IMG/VR virus record: IMGVR_UViG_3300036859_000726
Coordinates: 3,239 to 67,238 of that record
Source: a virus
Direction: 5' to 3' (one strand)
Length of the DNA stretch: 64,000 nt
Part shown: positions 17,716 to 27,086 of the stretch, piece by piece
Layout: each line of letters begins with the position of its first letter
Position numbering within the stretch: the first letter of the stretch is position 1
Notes under the pieces: generated by a model
What the model saw: the letters and a program-made list of their open reading frames with translations, nothing else
Told to the model about the DNA's origin: nothing
Databases searched by the model: none
Made by a program: the position numbers and the translations under genes

Positions 17716-17931
17716 ATGACCGCCAAGATCCAGACCACCAAGTTCTTCTCCAGCCAAGAGCCGAGAGTCTATCCCGCACCTGCACGCCAGTTGCAGGTTG
17801 GCGACGAGTGGATCAACGGTGACGTGACCAAGACCTGGAACGGGACCGCATGGGCCGAGAAGTCCGCTGAGAAGCAGGACGACAAGAAGGAAGCTGCAAC
17901 GAAGCTCGGCATCGGCAAGAAGTTAAGCTGA
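17716..17931 (+). CDS. Hypothetical protein
   Basis: SD aaggat; biased codon usage. Confidence 0.6.
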   Translation: MTAKIQTTKFFSSQEPRVYPAPARQLQVGDEWINGDVTKTWNGTAWAEKSAEKQDDKKEAATKLGIGKKLS

Positions 17932-17937
17932 CGATGG

Positions 17938-19482
17938 ATGTCGGCCAGTGAAGACGAGATCCGGCAGACACTCGAGCAGCTCGACGAGTATGAACTCGCA
18001 CTGCTCGAGGCGCGCATTGCATGGAAGCGCACAGCACGCGTCAAGCAGCTCCCACCAGACCAGTGGCCAGTAGACTTCCTCTTCAATGGAGTCAAAGGGC
18101 CGCGCGACTGGCGCGTCTGGGGAATAAGATCTGGTCGTGGCTTCGGGAAAACACGCAGTGCCGCTGAGTGGCTCTGGCCCGAAGCATGCAACGATCCAGG
18201 CTCCTACAGCTTTGTCATTGCACCGACATTCTCTGACGTACAACACACATGCTTTGAGGGCGACTCCGGGCTGCTGCGATGCATTCCTGAAGAGCTGATC
18301 CTCGACTACAACAAGACGAACACGATCGCTCTGGTGTGGACCGGTGAGGAGCCGTCACAGATCCGCGGCTTTGCCGCAGACAGCCCAGAGCGTCTTCGTG
18401 GTCCAAACAGCCACAGGGTCTGGGCCGACGAGGTCGCATCATGGACCTATCCGGAAGACACATGGTCGAATATGCAATTCGGATTGCGCCTCGGTCGTGG
18501 ACCAAAGATCTGTTGGACAGGAACACTCAAGCCCAAAGCATTCGTGCGTCGTCTGGTTGAAGACAAGTCGCCGATGACGTATGTTGTGCAGGGATCGACG
18601 GATGACAACGTCGAGAACCTTGCACCTGAGTTCTACGAGAACATCGCGAAGTATCGCGGAACTGCGTTGGGCCGCCAGGAGCTTGAGGGCGAGCTGCTCA
18701 ATCCAGAAGAAGCTGGCATCGTCAAGCGATCGCAGTTCCAGATCTGGCCGATCGGAAAGCGCATCCCTCAGTTCGACTTCATCGTCTACTCTCTTGACAC
18801 AGCATACACAGAGAAGACCTTCGACAAGAAGGAGATGAAGGCCGATCCTACAGCATGTTCCGTGTGGGGTCTGTTCAGGCAGGAAGAGCGCGGCATCTAC
18901 ACGCAGAACGTCATGCTGCTCGACTCATGGGACGACCACCTTGGTATTCCGCAGCTGATTGCGAAGGTGATCAAGGAGAAGTCGTTCCATTATGGTGCCT
19001 CGACGCGCATGGATGGATACGGGACGATCCTCCAACCTTCACGCGCACTACCAGGCACAGGACGCAAGTCCGACATAATCATCATCGAGGAGAAGGGATC
19101 AGGAATCAGCCTCCGCCAGGCATTGGCTGCATCCCAGATCCTAACCCACCCTTATAACCCGAAGCGTGCAGACAAACTGGCGCGCTTGCACGCTGTGACG
19201 CCCATGTTCGCGCATGGTCGTGTGTATGTGCCGGAGTCTGAAGCCAACAGAGGACACCCGAAGAGCTGGGCCGATCCGCTGATCACTCAGGTATGTTCGT
19301 ACGTTGGTCCTGGATCGACGGACCATGACGACTATGTTGACTCCACTTCCCAGGCGCTGCGATACTTCATGGATAACCTGCGAATGGACTTCAGCCCGAA
19401 GCAGATCAAGAGCTACACTGATCGTGAACGCGACGACAAGCTTGAGGAAGTCAAGAACAGAAGCAGCAATCCATATGGTTGA
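17938..19482 (+). CDS. terL: Terminase large subunit
   Basis: Walker A SGRGFGKT; Walker B VWADE; nuclease SLDTA...HDDYVDS. Confidence 0.95.
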   Translation: MSASEDEIRQTLEQLDEYELALLEARIAWKRTARVKQLPPDQWPVDFLFNGVKGPRDWRVWGIRSGRGFGKTRSAAEWLWPEACNDPGSYSFVIAPTFSDVQHTCFEGDSGLLRCIPEELILDYNKTNTIALVWTGEEPSQIRGFAADSPERLRGPNSHRVWADEVASWTYPEDTWSNMQFGLRLGRGPKICWTGTLKPKAFVRRLVEDKSPMTYVVQGSTDDNVENLAPEFYENIAKYRGTALGRQELEGELLNPEEAGIVKRSQFQIWPIGKRIPQFDFIVYSLDTAYTEKTFDKKEMKADPTACSVWGLFRQEERGIYTQNVMLLDSWDDHLGIPQLIAKVIKEKSFHYGASTRMDGYGTILQPSRALPGTGRKSDIIIIEEKGSGISLRQALAASQILTHPYNPKRADKLARLHAVTPMFAHGRVYVPESEANRGHPKSWADPLITQVCSYVGPGSTDHDDYVDSTSQALRYFMDNLRMDFSPKQIKSYTDRERDDKLEEVKNRSSNPYG

Positions 19483-19510
19483 CTGTGCTGACGAGCTCGA
19501 TAAATTCCTC

Positions 19511-19539
19511 TTTACCTATCATTTGTTACGAGGTAGGAT
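19511..19539 (+). promoter_or_regulatory. Promoter TTTACC-N17-TAGGAT
   Basis: Between terL and the Gp49-family gene. Confidence 0.5.
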
Positions 19540-19546
19540 TACGAAT

Positions 19547-19864
19547 ATGGCATCAGACACACGACTCTCGGCAGGCCGCTATCCACCTGGCCAAGCCCCT
19601 CGGATCACACCTGAGATGATCCGCCAAGAAATTGCCGGCACTGAGTTCATCGTACGTGGCAAATACACTCTGTGTTTGCTGACCTTGCGTAATGGTACGA
19701 TCGTTTCTGGCGAATCTTCATGCGTCTACCCTGAGAATTACGATCAGGCGAAGGGCGAGGAGATTGCGTACAAGAACGCAGAGAACAAGGTGTATTCGCT
19801 TGAGGGCTATGCCCTTGCAGAGAAGAGATACACAGAAGAAAAGCGCAGCGAAGACGAAACCTGA
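19547..19864 (+). CDS. N4 Gp49/Sf6 gp66 family protein (Acb4-like sponge candidate)
   Basis: TLCLLTLRNGTIVSGESSCVYPENYDQAKGEEIAYKNAENKVYSLEGY. Confidence 0.8.
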   Translation: MASDTRLSAGRYPPGQAPRITPEMIRQEIAGTEFIVRGKYTLCLLTLRNGTIVSGESSCVYPENYDQAKGEEIAYKNAENKVYSLEGYALAEKRYTEEKRSEDET

Positions 19865-19878
19865 GCAGGTAGCCTATC

Positions 19879-22365
19879 GTGCCAATCACAGACCTTCCAG
19901 GTGCTCCAGATGATCCGCGCAAGGCCGAGGCCGAAGCAGCTGGTGCAGAAGATGCTGGCGTGGTCGAGGAGCTTGAGCCTGTATCACCAACTCCTGGTGA
20001 TGCTGTTGACACCGACGATGGCGGCGCGATCATCACTCTGTCAGAGGATGATGCAAATCAGCAGCCGAAGCCTGACTTCTATGCCAACTTGCTTGGCACT
20101 GATCTTCTGCCGCTCACTGATGCAAAGGCCATCACCGTTGAACTTATCGATCTCCTACATGACGACAAGGAGTCACGGAAAGAGTTCGACAACATGTATG
20201 CTGACGGCATCAAGCGAACCGGCCTCGGCAAGGATGCGCCTGGTGGAGCCGAGTTTGATGGTGCATCGAAAGTTGTGCACCCAATGCTGTCGAAGGCCGC
20301 GATCGAGTATGCATCGCGCGCAATGGGAGAGCTGTTCCCCGGTGGTGGACAAGTCGTTCGCGATTATGTGCCTGAGGGCGATGATGGCGATGTAGATGCG
20401 AAGAGAATTGAGAAGGCTGCGCGCCTCACTCGATTCTACAACTGGCAGCTCGTTCACTATGTGCCTGAGTTCCGCCTCGAAATGGAGAAGCTGCTTACAC
20501 AGACGCCGCTCTCCGGTTCGCAGTTCCTGTTCTGGTGTTGGGACCCCAGGCTTGCTCGCCCAAAGCCCACCTATTGGCCAACTGACAATGTCTGGTTCCC
20601 ATATGGCGCAGCCTCCGCGAACACAGCAGAGCGTCTGACGCTGGTCGAGGAGATCAGCGACACTGAATTCAAGCGACGAGTGCGCTCCGGCGAGTACTCT
20701 GCTGAAGCGCCGCTGACCGGCGACATGATCAACACAGAGCAGTCGGAGGCCTCGAAAGCCACTGACAAGGCTCAGGGTGTCGAGAAGGCATTCATGGCCA
20801 CCAGGATGGGGTACCACCTCATCGCTCGCACCTATTGCAACCTCGAGTTCGAGAACGGGGAAGAGCTGCCATACTGCATCGTCACTGACCTGACGAATGA
20901 CGTGCCGCTATCAGTTGTTCGAAACTGGGAGCAGAACGACCCCAAGAAATTGAAGATGGACTGGACCAACGAGATCCCGTTCCTGCCATGGCGCGGCGCG
21001 TTGACACTGGGTCTTGTGCAGTTCATCTCGAGTCTGGCTGGCGGCGCCACCGGAGCGATCCGTGCACTGCTGGATTCTGCACACATCAACAATTTCCCCG
21101 CCCTGATGAAGCTGAAGGGCGCAAATTTCCCAGGTCAGACGCAATCTGTGGGTGCAACAGGCATCACCGACATCGAGGGTGGTGTTGCTGGCAACGACGA
21201 CATCAGAAAACTCGTCATGCCGTTCCCGTACAACCCACCGTCGAACACTTTGGTCACCCTGCTGGGCATTCTCAACGAGTATGGCTCAGATTTCGTCCAG
21301 ACGAGCATCAAAAATCTCGCAGATGGCCATCGAGACATGCCGGTTGGCACGACTCTGGCGCTGATCGAGCAGGGACTCAAGACTCTTTCTGGAATTCATG
21401 GCCGTTTGCACGCTGCGATGGCCAACGTCCTCAAGACTGTACACCGAATCAACCGGATGTACATCGAAGACGACGAAATCAAGAACGAAGTTGGCGTTTT
21501 GCTGGCTCGCCGCGACGACTTCCAGGGTCCGATGGACGTCATTCCGGTCAGCGACCCGGAGGTTTTCAGCGACATTCAGCGTTTTGCGCAGATGCAGCTG
21601 ATTGCAGATCGTGCGGCTGTCAAGCCCGACCTGTACAACCAGCGCAAAGTCGAGGAAATGATCCTCAAGCGCAGCAAAATCCCGAATGCCGACAAACTTC
21701 TCGTCGCAGATCCAGAGCCGACGGAGCAGAATGCAGTCACCGAGAACATCCGGATGTCGATGGGACAGCCTGCTGCTGTTTATCCACATCAAGATCATCT
21801 TGCGCACATCCAAGTGGTCATGGACTTTCTTAGAGACCCGAATCTTGGCAGCAATCCGCTGATTGCGCCGAAGTTTCTGCCACTCGCTTTCCAGCATTTG
21901 GCTGATCACATCGTTATGTGGTATGCCTCCGAATTTGAGAAGGTCATGGCACCTTCCCTTCAGGATCAGGATGGTGTCATCAACATTCAGGACGCATGGG
22001 AAGAGAAGGACGCTGCTGTTCGTGCCGAGCTCGACAAGATGTTCGCGAACGCCTCTGGAAGAATCGTCGCCAAGACGAACTCAATGTTTGCCCAGATTCC
22101 GCCAATCATCCAAGTCGCTCAGCAACTTTTGTCTCAGGTTATGCCGCAGCCGCAGGCAACGCCAGACAAGATGGTCGATGCGAACATGGAAAAGCAGAAG
22201 ATGGAGTTCGAGAAGCAGATGACGCAGATCAAGGAGGCCAACAAGGCTCAGATCGCGGAAGCTCAGAATCAGACCAAGCTGATGATCGCCAATATGGAGG
22301 CTCAGCTGACTGCTTTGACCGATCGATATACTGCGATGAACAATGGCAATCTGAAAGGTGGGTGA
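19879..22365 (+). CDS. Portal protein
   Basis: 828 aa downstream of terL; P22/T7-like portal features (VVHPMLSKAAIEY, GTTLALIEQG); C-terminal coiled-coil barrel. Confidence 0.9.
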   Translation: MPITDLPGAPDDPRKAEAEAAGAEDAGVVEELEPVSPTPGDAVDTDDGGAIITLSEDDANQQPKPDFYANLLGTDLLPLTDAKAITVELIDLLHDDKESRKEFDNMYADGIKRTGLGKDAPGGAEFDGASKVVHPMLSKAAIEYASRAMGELFPGGGQVVRDYVPEGDDGDVDAKRIEKAARLTRFYNWQLVHYVPEFRLEMEKLLTQTPLSGSQFLFWCWDPRLARPKPTYWPTDNVWFPYGAASANTAERLTLVEEISDTEFKRRVRSGEYSAEAPLTGDMINTEQSEASKATDKAQGVEKAFMATRMGYHLIARTYCNLEFENGEELPYCIVTDLTNDVPLSVVRNWEQNDPKKLKMDWTNEIPFLPWRGALTLGLVQFISSLAGGATGAIRALLDSAHINNFPALMKLKGANFPGQTQSVGATGITDIEGGVAGNDDIRKLVMPFPYNPPSNTLVTLLGILNEYGSDFVQTSIKNLADGHRDMPVGTTLALIEQGLKTLSGIHGRLHAAMANVLKTVHRINRMYIEDDEIKNEVGVLLARRDDFQGPMDVIPVSDPEVFSDIQRFAQMQLIADRAAVKPDLYNQRKVEEMILKRSKIPNADKLLVADPEPTEQNAVTENIRMSMGQPAAVYPHQDHLAHIQVVMDFLRDPNLGSNPLIAPKFLPLAFQHLADHIVMWYASEFEKVMAPSLQDQDGVINIQDAWEEKDAAVRAELDKMFANASGRIVAKTNSMFAQIPPIIQVAQQLLSQVMPQPQATPDKMVDANMEKQKMEFEKQMTQIKEANKAQIAEAQNQTKLMIANMEAQLTALTDRYTAMNNGNLKGG

Positions 22366-22368
22366 CAA

Positions 22369-22662
22369 GTGAGCGAACAGGTGCAAATGGACTTCAGCGA
22401 CGCCCTCCGGAGCCTCAAGCTTGGTGCGCGCATCGCCCGTTCCGGTTGGAATAGCAAAGGAATGTGGCTCACACTGTCGCCTGGTGGCGAAGTGGACTCC
22501 GACAAGCTCTGGGCTCCAGCGAACAAGGCGTTTGCCATCCAGAATGGCGGCTCAGCCAGAGTTCTGCCATACATCACCATGAAGACCGCAGATAACTGCA
22601 TCGTGCCGTGGCTTGCGTCGCAGACTGACGTTCTCGCCGCCGACTGGGTCATCGTAGAATGA
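22369..22662 (+). CDS. DUF2829 protein (Tad2-like sponge candidate)
   Basis: MDFSDAL...IARSGWNSKGMW...PYITMKTAD...VPWLASQTDVLAADW. Confidence 0.85.
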   Translation: MSEQVQMDFSDALRSLKLGARIARSGWNSKGMWLTLSPGGEVDSDKLWAPANKAFAIQNGGSARVLPYITMKTADNCIVPWLASQTDVLAADWVIVE

Positions 22663-22794
22663 GCGACCGTCGCCTGCCTGGCAAGATTGACCACACATTC
22701 GTTCAACGGATGGCAATTCGTTTCGCTGTGTATCATTCATTGCGCAGCGGACTTTGGTGGGAATGTCGGAAACAGATCAACGGAGGACAGTGAC

Positions 22795-22947
22795 ATGGCA
22801 AACAAAGACAAGGGTGGCGGAAACAACCTGACGCGCCAGCACCATCAGATGGCAACCGGCAACATGCATGTCGGCTTTGCCAAGGGTGGAGCAGTCAAAT
22901 CCGGTTCATTCCCGAAGGGAGCCAAGGTGGCTCCAAAGCGCAAGTGA
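22795..22947 (+). CDS. Small basic head-associated protein with FAKGG motif
   Basis: SD ggagg; GFAKGGAV. Confidence 0.6.
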   Translation: MANKDKGGGNNLTRQHHQMATGNMHVGFAKGGAVKSGSFPKGAKVAPKRK

Positions 22948-22948
22948 G

Positions 22949-23188
22949 GTGAGGCTCATTTCGGTCGAGAAGCTTCTGGCTCGACTTCAGAAGCAGCGAC
23001 TAGAATTTGACTCCAATGCGCTTGGCACTGCAGACGCTCAAAATGCAGCTTTCGAGTACGGTTTGAAGGTCGGACAACATCGCGGCATGCTTGCCGCAGA
23101 ACAGCAGCTTGAACAGTTGCTAAAGGAAGAAGATGATGGAAAGCGTTCAGAGAGGCCAGATCCTGGTCCCACTCGCGCCTATGGGTAG
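22949..23188 (+). CDS. Hypothetical protein
   Basis: GTG start after the preceding stop. Confidence 0.55.
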   Translation: MRLISVEKLLARLQKQRLEFDSNALGTADAQNAAFEYGLKVGQHRGMLAAEQQLEQLLKEEDDGKRSERPDPGPTRAYG

Positions 23189-23594
23189 TGGTTACAACTC
23201 GATCGAGGAGGCATTTCCTCCTGCAGATCCAAACTACAAGCCAGTCGGTGCCAAGGTTCTGGTTCAGATTCGCACGCCGAAGAAGAAGTCTGCCGGCGGC
23301 ATCGTCCTGCTCGAAGAGACGCAGGAAACTGACAAGTGGAACACGCAGGTCGGCAAGGTCATCGCGATCGGACCTGTTGCGTTCAAGAATCGTGTCACCC
23401 TCGAGTCGTGGCCCGAAGGTGATTGGGTCAAGCCAGGCCAGTTCGCTCGCGTGCCCAAATATGGCGGCGACCGTTGGCACATCCCTCTGAATCCTGGTGA
23501 CCCGAACACAGAGTATGCCCTGTTCGCCGTTTGGCGAGATCTGGACATCTGTGGTGAAGTACCAGACCCTCTGGCCGTTATTGCATATATCTAG
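23133..23594 (+). CDS. groES: GroES/Cpn10-like co-chaperonin
   Basis: KPVGAKVLVQ...KSAGGIVL...GKVIAIGP. Confidence 0.8.
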   Translation: MMESVQRGQILVPLAPMGSGYNSIEEAFPPADPNYKPVGAKVLVQIRTPKKKSAGGIVLLEETQETDKWNTQVGKVIAIGPVAFKNRVTLESWPEGDWVKPGQFARVPKYGGDRWHIPLNPGDPNTEYALFAVWRDLDICGEVPDPLAVIAYI

Positions 23595-23597
23595 TCC

Positions 23598-23626
23598 TTT
23601 ACTTCACATCTGAGGTAGGTTAGGAT
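23598..23626 (+). promoter_or_regulatory. Late promoter TTTACT-N17-TAGGAT
   Basis: Shares CTTTACTTCnCATCTGA with the promoter at 30422. Confidence 0.6.
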
Positions 23627-23668
23627 ACGAGTAATCAGAGCCGACCAACAGTTGGCAAAGGTGGTTTT

Positions 23669-24802
23669 GTGGCGGATACCAAAGACAAGGCGGATGACCA
23701 GGAAGAACTGGTTGCAGTAGAAGGCGCAGAAGACGCCGACGCTGTCGCGCCTGGCGAAGAAACGGCCGACTCAAAAGGTGAGTCGAAGGACAAGAAGGGC
23801 GAGAAGGATGACTCGAATGAGGAGTCCGACGAGCCTGATGATCCTGATGAACCTGATGAGCCTGAAGAGGCTGCCGCCAAAGACGGCGATGCCCGCGTCG
23901 CAACTGACGAAGACGCCGACAACACCGACGCCAGATCAAAGCGCAAGGAGACTGCCAAAGAGCGTCGACAGCGCCAAAAGAAGCGTATTGAAGCTCGCGA
24001 GAGAGAACTCAATCTCTACAAGGCTCGGAACGAAGAGCTCGAGCGCCGCTTCTCCACTCTCGAGGCCCGACAGTCTCGTGGAGAGCAGATCACAATTGGT
24101 CAGGCCATCACCACTGTTGAGGGTCAGATCGCCGAGGCGAGGCGCCTCGAGGCTGAGGCCATCAAGGCCCAGGACGGCGAGACTGCCGTTGAAGCTCGCG
24201 AAGTTCGCGAAGCCCTCGAAGGAAAGCGTGATCGTCTTGTCGCAGCCAAGGAGCGGGTTGCAAAGACCACCAGCGGAACCCGCACTCCTCCCCCAGAGAT
24301 GCGTCAAGCCCTGAGCTGGATTGACAAGAACAAGGACTGGTACGATCCGAAAGGAGGCAATGAAGAGAGCGCCATCGCCTCGGCGATCGAAGACCGCTTG
24401 ACTCGCGAAGGCAAGCTTGATCCGGCCAGCGCTGAATTCTGGCAAGAGCTCGATCGTCGCCTCATCAAGCGCGGCATCAAGAAGGGCAAAGTCTCAGACG
24501 AAGAGTCTGAGGAAGGCGAGTTCGAGGAGCTCGACGAGAAGGACGAGAAGCCAGGCAAGGGCGCGAAGTCCAATGGAAATGGCCATGACAAGTCCAACGG
24601 CAAATCCAATGGGAAGGGCAATGGAGGCCCCAAAGTCACAGTCGGCGGCGAGAAACGCTCCTTGAAGGCCAACGAGGTCTACATTGACCCAGGCCGCAAG
24701 CAAGCGATGATCGAAGCTGGCGTCTGGGACGACCCGAAGCAGCGACAGGAAATGCTCCGTCGCTACCACCAATTTGATCGTGACGCTCGTGCGTCGCGCT
24801 AA
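23669..24802 (+). CDS. Capsid scaffolding protein (putative)
   Basis: Acidic N-terminus and long coiled coil; between portal and capsid genes. Confidence 0.75.
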   Translation: MADTKDKADDQEELVAVEGAEDADAVAPGEETADSKGESKDKKGEKDDSNEESDEPDDPDEPDEPEEAAAKDGDARVATDEDADNTDARSKRKETAKERRQRQKKRIEARERELNLYKARNEELERRFSTLEARQSRGEQITIGQAITTVEGQIAEARRLEAEAIKAQDGETAVEAREVREALEGKRDRLVAAKERVAKTTSGTRTPPPEMRQALSWIDKNKDWYDPKGGNEESAIASAIEDRLTREGKLDPASAEFWQELDRRLIKRGIKKGKVSDEESEEGEFEELDEKDEKPGKGAKSNGNGHDKSNGKSNGKGNGGPKVTVGGEKRSLKANEVYIDPGRKQAMIEAGVWDDPKQRQEMLRRYHQFDRDARASR

Positions 24803-24825
24803 CTGACGTCTGTAAGGAGACGACA

Positions 24826-25413
24826 ATGACAGCTGTAAAAACCCCTTCCCAGCCAGTGTCAAAGCAGGCTGAACTCCGTGGCGACGAGAAAGACGTCCGT
24901 AGCGAGTCTGGAGATGTGCGTGCTGACCGAGAGGACAGCGATCGGCCAATCTCAGAGGACCCCGAGCTATCGGACTCTGTGCGCCTGGAAATGCTTCGCG
25001 GAGGCGGACAAGCAATCCTTCCTGACATCCCGCAGATCGACGGCTACCATGTTTGCTGGCTATCGACCACCAACGGAAGCGACCCGATTCATCGGCGCAT
25101 GCAGCTGGGTTACTCGCCTATTAAGGCAAGTGACATCCCCGGCTTCGCACACGCAGGTTTGAAGTCTGGCGAATTCCAAGGGTGCGTCTCAGTCAACGAG
25201 ATGATCGCCTTCAAGATTCCGCTGCGCCTTTACAACGAATACATGAAGGAGATGCATTACCGCGCTCCGAATCGTGAAGAGGAAGCAGTGAATTCGATCT
25301 ACGACGATGCAATAGCACAGGCAGCGCGGATCAATGATCGCGCGCAGACTCTGCTCACCGAGGAAGGTCGCGTTCGCCAGAATATGAATATTCCCGAACC
25401 AAACTTCGTGTAG
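24826..25413 (+). CDS. Conserved head-module protein
   Basis: IPQIDGYHVCWLS...RRMQLGY; position in the head operon. Confidence 0.65.
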   Translation: MTAVKTPSQPVSKQAELRGDEKDVRSESGDVRADREDSDRPISEDPELSDSVRLEMLRGGGQAILPDIPQIDGYHVCWLSTTNGSDPIHRRMQLGYSPIKASDIPGFAHAGLKSGEFQGCVSVNEMIAFKIPLRLYNEYMKEMHYRAPNREEEAVNSIYDDAIAQAARINDRAQTLLTEEGRVRQNMNIPEPNFV

Positions 25414-25480
25414 CACGCAGCCAACAGCGCGTGCCCGAGACTGGTGAGGGCGTGACAACTTTGGGATTCAGGAGAATGAC

Positions 25481-26050
25481 ATGAGTGCAACTGCAGCACC
25501 ATTCGGCCTGCAACCTGCCTATCATCCGTCCGGTGTGATCCGTCCGGACAAGGGCACGATTGCCAGCGCCTACGGTGCGAACATCTACCAGGGCTCACCT
25601 GTTGCCTATGTGGCCACAGGCGGCATCGCTCTCGCTGCGGCGGGTGCGAAGGCTGCCGGTGTGTTCCAGGGCTGCGAGTATCAGCCCGGCGGCCAGCTGC
25701 CGCGTGTGGTATCGAACTACTGGCCGAGTGGCACGGTTGCGACGAAGATCGTCGCGTACCTCACCACGGATCCGGAGATCGTGTACCAGGTCCAGGCGAA
25801 TGCGACCATGGCGGTTACCACCGTCGGACGCACCTACGACTGGTCCACGAACGCGACCGGCAACGGCGACACTGCCACAGGAAACAGCACCGTCTCACTG
25901 GACGTGGCTTCTCTTTCCGCTGGTGGTGCGGGTCTCATTGTTCTCGGCGTCCTCGAAGGGCCGGACAATGATTGGGGCGACACCTATCCTGTCGTGTTGG
26001 TGAAGATTGCTGAGCCGCAGTTTGGCGCGGCCATCATTCCTGTTTACTAA
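25481..26050 (+). CDS. Capsid decoration/minor capsid protein (putative)
   Basis: MSATAAPFGLQP start; beta-rich; immediately upstream of the MCP. Confidence 0.6.
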   Translation: MSATAAPFGLQPAYHPSGVIRPDKGTIASAYGANIYQGSPVAYVATGGIALAAAGAKAAGVFQGCEYQPGGQLPRVVSNYWPSGTVATKIVAYLTTDPEIVYQVQANATMAVTTVGRTYDWSTNATGNGDTATGNSTVSLDVASLSAGGAGLIVLGVLEGPDNDWGDTYPVVLVKIAEPQFGAAIIPVY

Positions 26051-26064
26051 GGGAGACAGCGAAC

Positions 26065-26979
26065 ATGGCAGTCCCAATGCGTTCTACGCAATTCCGCTCG
26101 ATCGTTGAGCCAATTCTCAATCACGTCTTCGACGGCGTGTACGAGCAGCGCAAAGACGAGTGGAAGCAGCTCTTCAAGCAGATCCAGGGCACTCCTCGGA
26201 ACTATCACGAGGTTCCGGTCCTGGCAGGCTTCGGCGCTGCACCGCGCATCCCCGACGGCAAGCCCGTTACCTACCAACAGTCGCAGACGCTCTTCATCAA
26301 GCGTTTCGTATACGAGGTGTATGGCACGGCATTCGCCATGACCAAGATCCTCGTGGACGACGGCGACCACATCAAGATCGGCTCCATCTACTCGAAGCAG
26401 CTGGCACAGGCGCTGGTCGAGACGAAGGAAACGCTGACTGCAAACGTCCTGAATCGCGCATTCACCGCTGGCTATGAAGGCGGCGACGGCGTGACCCTGG
26501 GCAGTGCAGTTCACCCGATCGTCGGCGGAACCTTCAGCAATATCCTGGCAACGCCCGCGGCACTGTCGCAGACGAGCTTGGAGCAGATGCTGACGCAGAT
26601 CACGCTGGCCGTTGACAACAACGGCAAGAAGATCCGCCTGGAGAAGGAGAAGCTCTTCGTTGCAGCGTCCAATGAGCTGCAGGCCGAAGTGCTCCTGAAG
26701 TCCGTGCTCCGGACTGGTGTCGCGAACAACGACATCAACCCGATCAAGAGCAAGGGCCTCCTGAGTGGTGGCGCCGCGCTGATCTCGCGTATCACCTCCC
26801 AGACGCTCTGGGGCGTGCAGACCTCCGCAATGGAAGGCCTGCAGCTGGTGATGCGTACGGCCCTGGCAAAGCGAATGGAGGGTGACTTCGAAACCAACTC
26901 CATGCGCTACGCCGCCGATGAGCGCTACGATGTGGGCTGGGTTGATCCGCGCTGCGTGTGGATCACCCCCGGTCTGTGA
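26065..26979 (+). CDS. Major capsid protein (HK97 fold, Mu gpT-like)
   Basis: 304 aa; strong codon bias; MEGDFETNSMRYAADERYDVGWVDPR C-terminus. Confidence 0.85.
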   Translation: MAVPMRSTQFRSIVEPILNHVFDGVYEQRKDEWKQLFKQIQGTPRNYHEVPVLAGFGAAPRIPDGKPVTYQQSQTLFIKRFVYEVYGTAFAMTKILVDDGDHIKIGSIYSKQLAQALVETKETLTANVLNRAFTAGYEGGDGVTLGSAVHPIVGGTFSNILATPAALSQTSLEQMLTQITLAVDNNGKKIRLEKEKLFVAASNELQAEVLLKSVLRTGVANNDINPIKSKGLLSGGAALISRITSQTLWGVQTSAMEGLQLVMRTALAKRMEGDFETNSMRYAADERYDVGWVDPRCVWITPGL

Positions 26980-26988
26980 CCTGACAAG

Positions 26989-27069
26989 CCTACTGACCTG
27001 ATTTATCAGTAGGAACTCCCGCCCCTCCGGGATGAAAACCGGAGGGGTTGGAATCGGATGAAAACGATT
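26989..27069 (+). promoter_or_regulatory. Three hairpins after the MCP gene, two with an identical GATGAAAA loop
   Basis: cccctccgg-GATGAAAA-ccggagggg (27022-47); aatcg-GATGAAAA-cgatt (27052-69); cctactga/tcagtagg (26989-27013). Confidence 0.6.
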
Positions 27070-27086
27070 GACATCAACAGGAGTAA

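Noticed and set aside
19547-19864. Tad1 assignment
   Set aside because: The sequence matches the Gp49/gp66 pattern, not the Tad1 pattern as I recall it.
27022-27069. Hammerhead ribozyme
   Set aside because: There is no CUGANGA core or three-way junction; GAUGAAAA occurs only as hairpin loops.
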